NCBI GenBank assembly: GCA_049999805.1
Contig: JBNGIO010006409.1
Coordinates: forward strand, 1 to 41,668
Source of the DNA: Folioceros fuciformis
Taxonomy: Eukaryota
Reading direction: 5' to 3'
Length of the DNA stretch: 41,668 nucleotides
Both the position numbers and the translations under genes were made by a program. Positions 1-12,600 of this stretch are shown here, piece after piece (positions within the stretch are counted from its first letter, which is position 1; each line of letters begins with the position of its first letter). Below the pieces are notes generated by a model that was not told the DNA's origin, did no database searches, and saw only the letters and a program-made list of their open reading frames with translations.

Positions 1-2107
1 GGATTTTCTCTCTCTCCGAGTCGTCCCTACCCGACTGTTTTCTCGCGCTTTCCCTTTTGCGCTTTCCTTCCTTGGTTCTCCACAAAATAGCCTCTCACCC
101 TCAGGATCAAACGCGCACACATATGAACAGCAACAATCTGCCGGTCGCCTTCCACCCGTGTGATTTCACACTCTAGGTACACCCTCTGCAGTCTCAAATC
201 AACTTCCTCAAAGTCTCTCCAGTCTCATCGCGACTAGTTACTCATACACACCACGTCTCGTTACACATTACTCACCTCGCTTCTAGGGTTTCTCCGGCTT
301 CGTTCTCCACTCACCAGTTTTCGATATACATTCTCCTCGTCTCTGGTTACTCGCTTCTCCTCTTTCTCACACACGCGCACCCTCGTGCTTCTTCTTATCC
401 AATCCTCCGTCTTCTTTCTCAGCAATGCCCCTCCTGGGCTTCCATGAACATTGAGGAATGGTGAGGTACCGGAGCTAAGGGAAGAGGGACCTCTTGCACT
501 CCGAACTCGCGGATTTGGCTCCGACACCCACACCACCCACGTGACCACTCCGAGGATAGCTGGGGAGCTTCTCTCCCACTCGGCGAGGCTCCTCCTCCCG
601 ATTCGTCCCCGGACCTGATCACGGAGCGCCCACCACCTACACCCGCACCCCAAGTTGCTACGTGCGCTCGCTTGCCTGGACCTCCTGTCCAGCAATAGCC
701 ATCGCTAGGTTCCTGCAAGGTCGACTGCTCGGTTGGTGTTTTGCTACTTCCATAGGCCTTCAAACCGGCCTCTTGTACACGGTGATGGCGGTTTTTCCGC
801 CATAAAGTCTGTCAGGCAAGGGGCTGCGCTCTTAAATTTCTGAGCGACTTGGGTCCGAATAAAGCACGCTAAAAAAAACTATTCTAGCCTGCATTTACTA
901 TCGCCCTGTCCTACGCCGCTGGCGGCTTCCTCCTGGCCTTCGCACGTCACCCCTCGCTACTCCTCCTCTCGCTCTTCTGCCCCTCCGTTGATCCGGCAGG
1001 TCCTCCCAAAGGATCTTCACATCACTGCTGCTGCTGCTGGGCCTGGCTGGCGGTGCAGGTGGGTCCCGCCACTATGGTCCACCACGCCTCTTCAAGGACT
1101 CTAGCACCAGCCCCCCTTCCTCCTGTTGGTCGCGCCCGTAGACCCTCCTGACCAACTCCAAGTTCCATTCATGGGGTCTGCCTCTGATCCCCTCCTCGCG
1201 TACGGACTCTATTAGCCTCAGGGCGCACTCCCTAACCAGCTGAGGTGCTGCATGGTTCCACTTCTGGGTCATAAAAGTCAGACCCAGCTCTGCCACCAAT
1301 TTTCCTGCCCTGACTCTCCAATGCTCCATGTTGGGCCACATAAGTAGGTCGATTTGGGAGACAGGAGGTCCCCTCTCCTGTCTAGAGGCTGCTGCTCCAG
1401 GGATCAGTTCAGGCCCCGACCTCATCCTACCTGTCCCCCTCCTCTCGCGCTCGGACTCAGAACTCTTCTGTCCTGGTCGCGCTCTGGCCCTTCCTCTGTT
1501 CGACCAGATCCCTCCACCGCTTGCGCCTTGGAGGTCTTCCACTCCTCTGCGCCTGCTCGACCCTTACGCCCTGCGCCGTCTGTCCCGTCGTCCTGGCGAT
1601 TTCGCCTTCCTCAGCCACTTTACGCTTCAAGTTACTCCCGCTCCCCACGCTTCCGGATACTGGACAAAGCTCCCCTTTCTCTAGGGTTTTAATACCCTGC
1701 CTGCTTTCTCTTCTTACTGCCCATCGGGCTACCACCAGTCGTTCCTCCGGCGACGGTTGCCCTGCCGGCTACCGTCGCCCCGTCGTCTCGGCCCTTACTT
1801 TGGCCTACCTTAATGTTCTCAAGGACTCGAGGGTCAGGGAGGCACTCGCTGCTTCCTCCTTCCTCCTTGTCCCGATCTCCAGTACACCCCAAACCCCGAA
1901 GCCCAAGGTGGACTTTCGGTATAAACACCCTGGTCTTACTCGCTTACTAAGCCGATTCGCTTGTCCCTTCACAAAAAGAATCACAACCTGCTCATTCCGT
2001 CGCTCAAAATGGGGATTCCGAAAGTTTTTTCCGTTCACAATATCCTGGTATAACCTGGTATCACTTAGGTGGTAGATAACTACGAGTTCAATATGGGATA
2101 ATCTACA
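1..2107. mobile_element. Distal part of long solo LTR 3 (complete copy at 38239-40708)
   Basis: Ends ...GGGATAATCTACA at 2107, followed by CTATC. It matches 38602-40708, where the TG start and near-TSD are visible. Confidence 0.7.
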
Positions 2108-2112
2108 CTATC

Positions 2113-2164
2113 CTAAGTGTTGTATGCTCTTAATAACAATTCAGTTAGAGCTTGATTTCTAACA
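2113..2164 (-). mobile_element. Outer tip of the Copia C 5' LTR, inserted into the RT of Copia A
   Basis: Ends TTCTAACA (minus strand TGTTAGAA) exactly where Copia A RT (LDIKTTF) is cut. Same junction at 40765. Confidence 0.65.
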
Positions 2165-3412
2165 AAATGTTGTCTTGATGTCAAGTTGCATTAATTCATA
2201 GTCATGGTGAGATGCTAAAGCTACAAGAATCCTAAGTGAGGTTATCTTAAGTATATGACTAAAAGTTTCATTATAATCAAATCCGTACTTTTGAGAATAT
2301 CCCTTTGCCACTAGTCTAGCTTTATATCTTTCTATGCTACCATCAGCATTTAACTTAATTTTAAAAGTCCACTTAGAGCCTACTAATTTTCTATCCTTAG
2401 GTAGACTAGTTAGGGTTCAAGTCTTATTAGCTTGTAGGGATTCTAATTCTAATTTAATTGCCTTTTTCCAGTGTTCCTTTTATGTGCATGTCATGTCTTC
2501 GTGATAATTGGCTGGAACAAATTGATCTATGGCTGCATGGAGGCAATAGGCTAAAGTGTTCTTAGGGTCCCGCCAATTAGTGGGGGAATATCTATTAATT
2601 TTACTTGCATTATGTCTTTGAGGACGCCTGCCTCTTGTGTCAACGGGGTTGTCTTGTTGTGGAGTGTCCTCAATGTCCTCGTGAAGAGGATCTTCAACAG
2701 CTTGAGTATATGTAGGTTGAATGATGGAGTTAGGATCATTATTTAAATTCAAATACAATTTCCCATTTGCTTTTGGGGTCCTCGGTCGAGGGTGAGAGCC
2801 GGGCATCAAGTTGTGTGGCCGAGAGTCGCCCCGTGTGTCTATCTCAAATGCTTGGTAGAAAATACTCGTATCTACCGGTTCATGATGGCCGTGAGGGCAC
2901 GCTCCCGAGGATGTGCCGCCGTTGTGCGGATCTGGATGGCTAATTGGTTGCTAGGTGTGTGCTTCTTGCCGTGTGTAGACGTGTGGGCCTACTGTTGATG
3001 AATGTGTGCCTGCTGAGTGCCCTCCGTGCTGGAAATGTCGTTGGCTATCCTCATCCTGGAGCGCTTCGGGCCTGCTATTCCTCATGTCGATTGGAGCTAA
3101 AGATGCTAGAGGCCGAGGACGCTTCTACAAGTAAGGAGGGGTCGAGCTCGTTGTCCATAAAATCGCCGAAGAAGATTGATGGAGTTGCTGCTGCAGGCTG
3201 AGGCAGAGGGCCGGGCTTTGGTGCAGGTGTGGCTGGTGGCACGGGCTGGGCAGGTGGCTGTGGTTGAGCCTGTTGGTGAGGAGCTAGGAGATTGGGTGGT
3301 TTGGAGTCATCTTCGTCACTATCCTCAGGCTGTGCAGTGGTGTGGCTGGAGGATTCTCCCACTACAAGGTTGTCCGGCATGTCCTCAAGGAATGTTACAT
3401 CTCGGGAATAGG

Positions 3413-4330
3413 TCAGTTTGTGTGTCTATGGATGGATGAGTTTATAGCCTTTAATGGCGTCAGTGAATCCCACAAATAGGTATTTGCTGGCCCTATCATC
3501 CAGCTTTGTTCGAACTGCTTTGGGTGTGTGTACGTAAACAGGTGCGCCGAAAACTCCGAGGGTAGAGAGATTTGGCCTGTGCCCCATCCAAGCTTCATAT
3601 GTAGTACCTTGAGGTAGTGCTGTAGTGAGGGTCCTATTGATAATATACATAGCGAGTCCCATGGCCTCTGGTTAGTAACTTTTGGAAAGCTGTGCGTGTA
3701 TAAGCCTAGACAATCCACAATTCTGAACTGTTTGGTTCATTCTCTCCGCCACTCCATTTTGGTGGGAGGTGTGCGGAGTGGTTACTTGACGATTGATCCC
3801 GTGTTCCCTGCAGAATTGTTGGAATGGGCTAGAGCCATACTCGCTGCCTCCATCAGATTGTAAGCAAAGGATGGAGTCACCTGTTTGTTTTTCAGCCCAT
3901 GTCTTGTAGTCTTTAAAGCATGTCAATGCCTGGTTTTTTTGTTTGAGGAAATATATGATAGTGAATCTTGTTAGGTCATCTATGATGAGCATAAAGTACA
4001 GGTAGCCATGGAGGGACCTCCTTAAGGGTCCTCACAAGTCTTAATGGACTAATTGGAGCCGTTTGGTGGCTCTTGTTGCAGGGCCCTTCAGGAAAGGAGA
4101 CCTTTGGCTCTTAGCTAGTGAGCAAGCTGAGCATATGCCAAAATCTTCAACTCGGGTGAGTGATATGCCGTCAGCTGCTCTGGTCTTGAGCATGTTTCGC
4201 ATCCGCTGCAGGTGCATGTGTCCCAATCTAGCGTGCCATAAGAAGGTCTGATTTTGTGAGTGGTTGTTGGTGTCTGCAGCTAGGGATGATGGTGGTGCCC
4301 AGGGTATAGCTACATCTAGATGGTACAAGT
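3413..4330 (-). pseudogene. Copia A GAG-pre-integrase and integrase core, broken by stops and frameshifts
   Basis: ORFs 4041-4355, 3672-3992 and 3426-3662 carry consecutive rve-type motifs and the VFGAPVYVHTPK..R.KLD..A.K..FVG motif. Confidence 0.9.
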
Positions 4331-4668
4331 TGAAACGTGATGACAAGCAGGCCACTCAAGTCATCCGCCAAGGAACCAAAGCTACCACGAAATAGGTAGC
4401 ATGAACCCTACAAAACACTCATGGTTTTAGCGAATACCCAACTGATACAAAATAATTAAACAGATACTAATTAAATAGATAAATACCAGTATACAGGATA
4501 TCCAGATAACTAAAACTTGTTATACCAGTAGAATCCCAAGAAGTAGGGCAGTTAGGCGGGCAGGCACAACCTTCTTGGCACTGCTCACACACATGTATTT
4601 GTAGCGAATCCAAACATGAAGAGAACGTCCATTTTCCCAAAGCTGGAATCTAGAGCTACCCCGTAACA
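4331..4668 (+). repeat. Gypsy 5' LTR
   Basis: TGAAACGTGATGAC...CCCCGTAACA, colinear with 14429-14766 with scattered, mostly transition, differences. Confidence 0.95.
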
Positions 4669-4672
4669 TCTT

Positions 4673-4684
4673 TGGTATAAGAGC
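4673..4684 (+). promoter_or_regulatory. Primer binding site, initiator Met tRNA type
   Basis: TGGTATAAGAGC, one mismatch from canonical TGGTATCAGAGC, 4 nt after the LTR. Confidence 0.85.
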
Positions 4685-5699
4685 CTATGAGCTAGCCACC
4701 CTTAGATCTAGAATCAAAGTCGGCAACCAGGATCTAGAGGCCAAGTTCGGGAGCACCTAAAGGTGGTAGTAGCAGCTTCCCAGCAACCATCACCAGCGAC
4801 AGAGAACGGACCAACCAGGAGGAGGGCAGAAACCAGGAGGAGTCTTGGAAATTTCTCCAAGACAGGTAGCATGGACAATCGCGCCTTGACCCTAGCAGAG
4901 GAACCAGCAATCTCCAACGCAAGCGAGGAAGAAGACCCATTCAAAGGAATTGGAGAGAGGGTGTGCCGCTGCACACAACAGCACCTCCGCGATTCCTCAG
5001 GAGGCCATCTCCCCCTCGTTCCACCACCGGGGCCAGAAATCGCAGAAGTGCCAGCTCCCCAGGAGCGCCAGAGCCGGCAACACACTCGCCGCCTCCTGGC
5101 TCGAGAGGAGGTCGAGAATCGGTTGCAGAGGTTGGACCCCGAACCGGACGCTCCATGAATTCTTGCTGACTACGCCTCATAGTAGGTAAGCCGGCAACGT
5201 GGATGCCCGAGGAAGCACAACACTCCAGCGGAATCACGCCACCCTCCTGCACAGAACACAATCGGTGAGCCAACCGGGAGTGAAGCAAATCGAACAGACA
5301 CCTTGCAAAGAATGGAGGAAAGGACAACCAACGTCAAACATACCTGCGACGAATTGCGCTCATCCTTGTCTCGACAAGACCAACAGCTGGCTAAGGTAGA
5401 GCGGGTTGTCGATCGGATCGAAGTCCAGCTGGGGGAGGGCCAAGCCCGATTGGAGAGGCAGCTAGAGGGTGTGCTCCAGACGCTGGAGCAACCAACACCC
5501 CCAGGCGCTCACCAGTTCCCACCCTCGGACGCTGAGGTGACTAGACCCGTACCATCGGTGGACGGGACACACCTCTCCACACCTGTGGATTTCCGGAAGA
5601 CTATCAGGAGCAACCCGTCAAGACACGGGAAGGGGAGAAGAATGAAGGTACACCACCCTACCTTGTGCTGAGAGGGAATCCCACCTGGAGGATGGGGAG

Positions 5700-8600
5700 T
5701 TGAGGAAGAAAGTCATCGTAGAACTCCAACCTGGTGAGGAACAGAACAAAGACATCAAAGCAATGGTGAGGCGTTTGCAGATGATGAGATATGAGCATTG
5801 GGAGCGTCAACGAGGTCGATCGAGTGGAGAAGCTCAAGGGGGAGAAGAATACCCGTTCAAACCGAAGCCCCAGCTCGACAAGGAGTTATACCAGAAAATC
5901 AAGACCACAACGTTCGACGGAAGTGCCAAAGATGCTCAAAGTGTGCATGACTGGTTGGACAAACTCAACAAGTACCTTGTAGCCTCTGACAAAGACGATT
6001 TGCAAAAGATCTCGTTCTACGTGATGTCGCTTGAAGGATATGCCTACCGTTGGTGGCGCTAGAGAGAAAAACAGGTGGACCTCGGCATGGAACCGCCTGT
6101 GTACTCCTGGCCAGTCCTCAAGTAGCTCTTCTTGGAACAGTTCCTACCAGTGAATCATCGCAGAGACTTGTATCAACAATTCCGAAAGATATTCCAACAA
6201 GGTAGTGTACAAGAGTAATGTGACAAGTTTCTCCAACTCACACTTGACATGCCCAGGCTGGATGAGGAGCAAAAGATCGAGAAATTCATCGACGGAGTGA
6301 AATTCAACATGAGAGCGGATGTGAACCAACCCTCCAAGCCTAAGTGGAACAAGACAGCTAGCACGTCATACAAGAAACCAACTTTCAAAATACTGACGGA
6401 GGAGGAGAAGAAGGGATACAGTGAGAAGAGGAAATGTTTCACTTGTATGGCACAAGACCACGGTTCAAAGAACTGCCCTTTCCGCAAGGACTTCATCAGC
6501 TGGTTGAGAGAAACTGGGAAGACCACCAGAGTGAGCCAACCAAACCCAAACCCTCCCAAGAGCGGACATGCCATCAACACAACCGAGGTCAGTACCCATG
6601 CCATAGCTGCAGTGATCTCAAGGAAGTCAAATCTCCAAGAGGGTTACCTTACCCACGTGCCCATCAAACTAGAGGTTGGTCTAGAAGGTGCCTGAGCCAC
6701 AGCTCTGCTAGACTTTGGTGCCAATCATCATTATGTGTCGAGATCCGCTGATGAAAAGGTTGGCCTGCAGATCCGTACCTCATGACATGTGTCCACAGTA
6801 GTGACAGCGTTGGGCGAGCATGAAACCAGCAAGGAAGAGTGGACTGATGCACTAGTCACCTTCCCAGGTGGTTTTGCAGAAGTCTTCAAGCTAACTGTAA
6901 TGCCGTCCTTGTGTCATGACATCATTATTGGTAAGCCCTGGCTGGCCAAGCATACCCACACATTAGACATAGACTAGTTGTCTAACATAGTGAGTCTTAC
7001 AAAGGGGGACAAGACATACACCATGCAGGGTGAACAGTATACCCCCGACAAACAGTTGTTTGCAGTATCTGCTTTCAATATAGCCATTGCCTCTGGCAGG
7101 TTCATGTACATAGCTAAGCTGAAAAAATTCTTACCCCTAGAAGGAACCCCAGAGTCCAGAGCTGTAGAAGCCAAGGCTCATGAGGAACTCCTACCACCCA
7201 CCATGAAGTCACAACTACAGGAGTTCCAAGATGTGTTCACCGAACCAGCAAAACTCCCCCCTAGAAGTCCTATCGACCATGCCATAGAGCTCCTGCCAGG
7301 CCATAAACCCATCAGTATTCAGCGATACCGTACGTCAGCCACTGAAAACAAGGAAATAAAAAAACAAGTAGGTGAACTTCTACAGAAAGGGTTTGTATGC
7401 CCTTCAGTGTCCCCCTTCGGAGCCCCAGTCCTTCTTGTTGGCAAACCAGATGGTGGTTGGCGACTATGCATTGACTATCGAGGACTCAACCGGGCCACAG
7501 TCAGAAATGTCTACCAGATGCCGGGGATCAATGAGATCCTAGACCAACTTCACGGTGCAAAGTGGTTTACCAAGATTGATCTGAGATCCGGCTTCCACCA
7601 TATCAGGATCAAGGAAGGGGATGAGTCTACAACCGCCTTCCGTACAAGACATGGCCACTTCGAGTTCAGGGTCATGCCGTTTGGCTTGACAAACGAACCT
7701 TCAACATTCCAATGTCTCATGCAAGACATCTTACAACCATTGTTGGGGCACGGCGTAGAAGTTTTCCTCGATGACATCCTCATATACACACCTGACCTAG
7801 AGAAACATTACACCTTGGTCAGAAAGGTACTTGAGCTGCTACGTGCAAACAAGTTGTTGGCCAAAAGAAGTAAGTGTGACTTCATGAGGCAAGATTGTGA
7901 ATACCTGGGCCACATCATTAGTGCAACATGTATCCGGGTAGATCCGCGCAAGGTCAAAGCCGTGGTGGACTGGTCCCTACCCCAGGATATCACACAAACT
8001 ACGTGGGTTCCTGGGCATGGCCGGATTTTACCGCCGCTCCATCCAAAGTTTCAGTAAGATAGCTGTTCCCCTAACGGATGCCCTCAGGCACTCAACCACC
8101 AAACCCTTACAATTGGGGCCAGTGGCCATCCAGGCATTTGAACAGCTCAAGCAAGCCCTTAGGTCGGCTCCCGTGCTAGCGGTGGCAGACCCCCATGCCC
8201 CATACACCCTGCACATAGACGCATCAGATTTTGCTATGGGTGCAGTACTGTCACAACAGGGTCGAGCTATTGTCTACGAATCCAGGAAGTTGCAAGGGGC
8301 ACAGTTGAATTACGCTATACATGACAAAGAGATGTTGGCGATCACCCATGCTCTCAAGGTGTGGAGGCCTTACCTCTTAGGCCAGAAGGTGGTGTGTCAC
8401 ACAGACCACCACTGCTTGCAACATTTCTTCTCACAACCCAACCTCAACTCCAGACAACGCAGGTGGGCCGAATACCTGGAGGATTTTGACCTCAAGATCA
8501 AGTATGTCATTGGGACTTCTAACGTGGTCGCAGATGCCTTGAGCAGGAGAGCCTGCACACTCATGACCACACAGTCCCAAACGGTGCAGTTAGTCCGGGA

Positions 8601-9500
8601 TGGATTGCCTCAAGACCTAGAGTTGTGGCAGCTGTATCAAAATCTCTTAGCAGATGCAGGAACAAGTATTCCCACAACAATTACCCAACTCTATTCCCTC
8701 AAGGATGCTTGTGTTTACCGTAAGGGCCGGTTGGTCATCCCCTCCTAGCTCACTGCTGTCAAACAGGCCATCCTCCATTATCTGCATGATTCCCCAATCT
8801 CGGGGCACTTGNNNNNNNNNNAATCTTCTGATTACACGAAACACCAGAGGACATTGTGTCGGACAAGGACGCGAAATTCACCTTCGGGTTTTGGCGGAAC
8901 TTCATGGACACACTAGGCATCAAACAGAACATGTCTTCAGCCTATCTCCCACAGAGGGACGGCCAGACAGAGAAGCAGAATCAGGTGTTAGAAGACATGC
9001 TTCGTCACACACGAGAAGCAGACGAAGTGGGAGGAACTCCTTCCCTTATTGGAGTATGCGTACAATTCCTTGAAGCACGTAGCCACAGGGGTTACTCCCT
9101 TCAAACTCCTGTATGGTGAGACACCCCCACCTTCAGGCTTATGGCCCAACAGTCAAGACAAGTGGCGAAGCGCTGTTGAAATCGCCGAGGACATCTGGCA
9201 CGAGGCCAAGATGGCTCGACAAAACTCCAAGCAGCACAAGACCGGACCTGCATCACAGCAAACCGTCACCGACGCGATGTCAACTACTCCGTTGGCCAGT
9301 TTGTTTGGCTTCGAGTCAAGCCCCACAGGTATCTTGACATGATTCAGCAACGCAGCAAACTCACCTACCGCTTTGCAGGTCCTTTCCGGGTGTTGAAACG
9401 CATCAACAAGGTCACGTACCAGCTTGAACTGCCCGCCGACTGGCGCCTCTACTAAACATTCCATGTGTCCCTGTTGAAACCAGTGATCCACCGCCGTGCT
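5700..9500 (+). pseudogene. Gypsy gag-pol: gag, zinc knuckle, protease, RT, RNase H, integrase
   Basis: CFTCMAQDHGSKNC knuckle; ALLDFGA degenerate protease site; RT with WRLCIDYRGLN, KIDLRSGFH, VMPFGLTN, FLDDIL (6978-8057); RNase H with IDASDFAMGAVL, NVVADALSR (8017-8748); integrase SDKDAKFT..FW, DGQTE. Multiple stops and frameshifts. Confidence 0.95.
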
Positions 9501-9600
9501 GAACTTCCCTCATTGCCGACACCAGCTGAGTATGTGCTAGTAACCAGCCAACCCTCAATCACCCATTCTAGGACACATGCTCCCATTCCCTCTCCGGAGG

Positions 9601-12600
9601 TGTGGACTCCACATGTTGAACAGACCCCTGGGAAATGATAGGTTTTCTTTTTTTTAGGATTTGTGAGTGAGTCTTGTAGAAGAAAGGTTGGAAGGTTAGG
9701 TTAGAATAGTAGCTTAGAGTGAGGGTGAGTCGATAGGGTAGGTAGGTTGTGTGGTAGATAGGACACGGGCTTTGGTTCCTCGGGGTAAGGAATAGGAAAC
9801 CTGGACGTCGTGGAAAGAGGGTTGGGGGTCCTCTGGCTATTGCTGGTGGAAGTTGGGACAGAGATGGAGGTGTCAGGACGCTGCCCTAGTGCATCGGGTG
9901 GATAGGGATCACCAGAGCACAGGTGGCCAAATTAGCAGACCGGCGGGATCAGGGCGGTGGCCTAGATCTGGCCGGATTCAGAAGGCAGGAGCCAGGTTGC
10001 GGCCTCTGGGCAAGCGGTCAGCAGTAGGCTGCGAGGAGGGTGGGTTGGCATATCTAGCCGGCCAGGAGGCCAGATCGACGGACAGTCCTAGGTGGATCAG
10101 CGGGGCGGCTTGGCGACGGATCCGAACTGGCAGACTAGGTAGTCGGTGGGCTAGGCTGCTTGGATCCAGGCTGGCCGGCTGCAGCAGCAGACCAGCCAGA
10201 TGCAAGCAGGTAGCTGCTACAAGCGGCAGCCCCAACCAGCGGTTGAATCCAGCGGGCAGCCAGGTCGAGCAGGTTGGCTGCCTGGTTGGATCTGGAGGCT
10301 AGAGGTCGGCTAGTGGCCTCTGGCCAGTCGGCCAAGTTGTGGGCGAGGAAAGCGGGCTGGGTCGCGGTCAGGGGCAGGGCACTTCGGCGGGCTGTGGCAG
10401 TGCCAGAGCCATGCAGCCAAGCGGCTGGCGAGTCGACATCCAGGTGGGAGGGTGCCGAACCAGATTGGTAGCGGTAGCCGGATTCGGGATGTGATCAGGC
10501 TTGGCAGGCGGAGGCCGGGGTGGATCTAAGCCAGGCCGATGCCTAGAGGAGGGCCGGGCCAGCAGCGGCCCGGCTACGGAGAGCAGGGGTTGCAGAGGAG
10601 CGCTTGCAAGGGCTGGGCAAGCAGCACGGACACCCGGCTACGGGGAGGCAGCCTAGCCTGGCTGCAAGCAGGCAACCTGGTAGCTGGCGGGTGGGTGACC
10701 TAGCAGGCACGGCGCCGGGATCCAGGCAGCCAGGCCTGGCTGGCCAGGATCGCGAGGGGGCTAGCTAGGGGCTACAGCAAGCGGCCCCGTGAGCGGGCTG
10801 CTTGGCCAAATCCAAGAGGGCAGGCCGGCCTGGTAGGCGGCCTGGAGGATGGCTGGGCCAGCGGCGACCCGGCTGTGCGACCAGCGGGGCTGGCCGGCCT
10901 AATGCAGCTGCGGGTGGCCGGACTGGCCGTGACTGGAGGCACGCACTCCAGCAGGCAGCCTAGTAGCGGCTTGGCTGGTCAGTAGCAGGCTGGCAGGCGA
11001 TCCTGTAGGCAGATCCGACCAGGCAGCCGCCTAGTGCAGGCTGGCTGGCTGGAGGAGATCTTGGCCGGCAAGGCGAGGAGCAGGAGGTGCTGCCAAAGCA
11101 GGTACCCACTTGGCGGGTGGCTTAGCGGGATTTGGGGCCAGCCAGGCGGGCTGCAGGCAAGTAGCCGGGTAGGCCAAACGGGTGGCTGCCCTGCAAGGGT
11201 CGAAGACAGGGCACCCCAGGCCCGATGGGTGGCCTACGATGGAGACTAGACTAGCAGGACCGCCAGGTGACGGCAGCTAGCAGCAGTGGCTGAGGTGGCT
11301 AGCCAGCAGGCTCAGGTGGCCCCTGGCTGGATCAGGTTGCAGGCGGCCGGTAGCAGGCAGGGCTGGGGGGACGATGGATCCAGTAGCCAGGCCGACTAGC
11401 TAGACCATGGGTAGTCGGCGGGGTGGCTGGATCATGGCCAAAGCAGCCGGGTTGCAGGTAGGCGCGACCACCGGGCCAGCTGTAGAGGAGGCTGGGGCGG
11501 ACTGAGGCAGGAGCCGGGTTGGATCCAAGTAGGCGGCGGCGCTAGACCTGGACCAGGACGAGGCAGGGTGCAGGCGAATCTCGGCAGGTAGGAGGCAAGC
11601 TAGGCGGTCCAGTCGTCCAGGCGGATCAGAGGCGGGCGCTGGCCGGATTGCCAGGCAGCCAGGGGGCGGACCAGTAGCAGGCTAGCAGGCAGTCAGATGG
11701 TAGGTAGGTCTGGTGCTGGCTGGATCATGGTCGGTAGATCAGCTGGATGGCTGGATCAGATAGCTGGATGGCTTAGGAAGGCAGGCCGACTAGCTCCAAG
11801 ATCTCAAATAGGCTGGTGACCAGTCGAATTTGGGCGGGCAGGTTGGCTGATCGGACTGGCGGCCTACCAGGGCAAATCGGTCAGCCGGAGTACAGGCGGC
11901 CTGGTTGCTGAGTGCAAGTAGGCGCCCCAGCAGAGCGGACACAACCGGCAGGCAGCCGGCAAGTGTCCCTACAGGTAGACAGCCAGCAGGAGCTGGCGAG
12001 GCCAGTGGCTGAGGATTCAGGGGCACTAGCAGGGCTGGATCCCCGAAGCCAAGCAGCCGCCTGGCGGCTGGCTGGGAGAAATCGGGCCAGAGGGGAAGGC
12101 GGATTCTGGTAGGAGGCTGGCTTGCGGGCGCATGGCAGGCTGGCTGCGGCTGGTTGAGCTAGGGCCGCTTGGGGTGGCTGACTGGCCAGGTAATTGAAGG
12201 TGGACAGGGAGGCAGCGGTGGAAAAATGTGTGTGTTTCTCTAGTAGGCAGGAGGTGAGGAGAATGGTGGTGGATGATGTGAAGTCTGCAAGGGCTGCATT
12301 ATGCTAGGCCATGCTCAATGTGGTTCGCAGGGGAGACATTATCACCTTGCTGCCTGTGTACCCCTCTATCCCTGCCCGTCCTTCTTCCTCCGTTCACAGT
12401 GCAACATGCCTGCTTAAGGGCGAGGCCAAGGTTGTGGACAGGGCAACAATGCTGGGGACGGAGTGGAGTTGTGGAGACACATTTCAACCTCACTGCTAAT
12501 TAGTGAGAAAATTACAAAACCTGGCCGGGGGGAAGTCCAGGCTAGGGGGGGGAATCCTGACAGGTGGCTGGCCTAGCAACAGCTGGCTAGATCAGGGCTA

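Larger units (their letters stand above)
1..3067. repeat. Long direct repeat, copy 1 (partner 38602-41668, offset 38,601 bp)
   Basis: Every ORF in 261-2998 reappears with an identical translation at +38601. Spot-checked nucleotides at both ends match. The repeat runs to both window edges. Confidence 0.97.

Noticed and set aside
261-2075. ORFs of 77-184 aa in the terminal repeat, and their copies at 38862-40676
   Set aside because: They overlap on both strands in GC-rich LTR sequence and show no recognisable domain.
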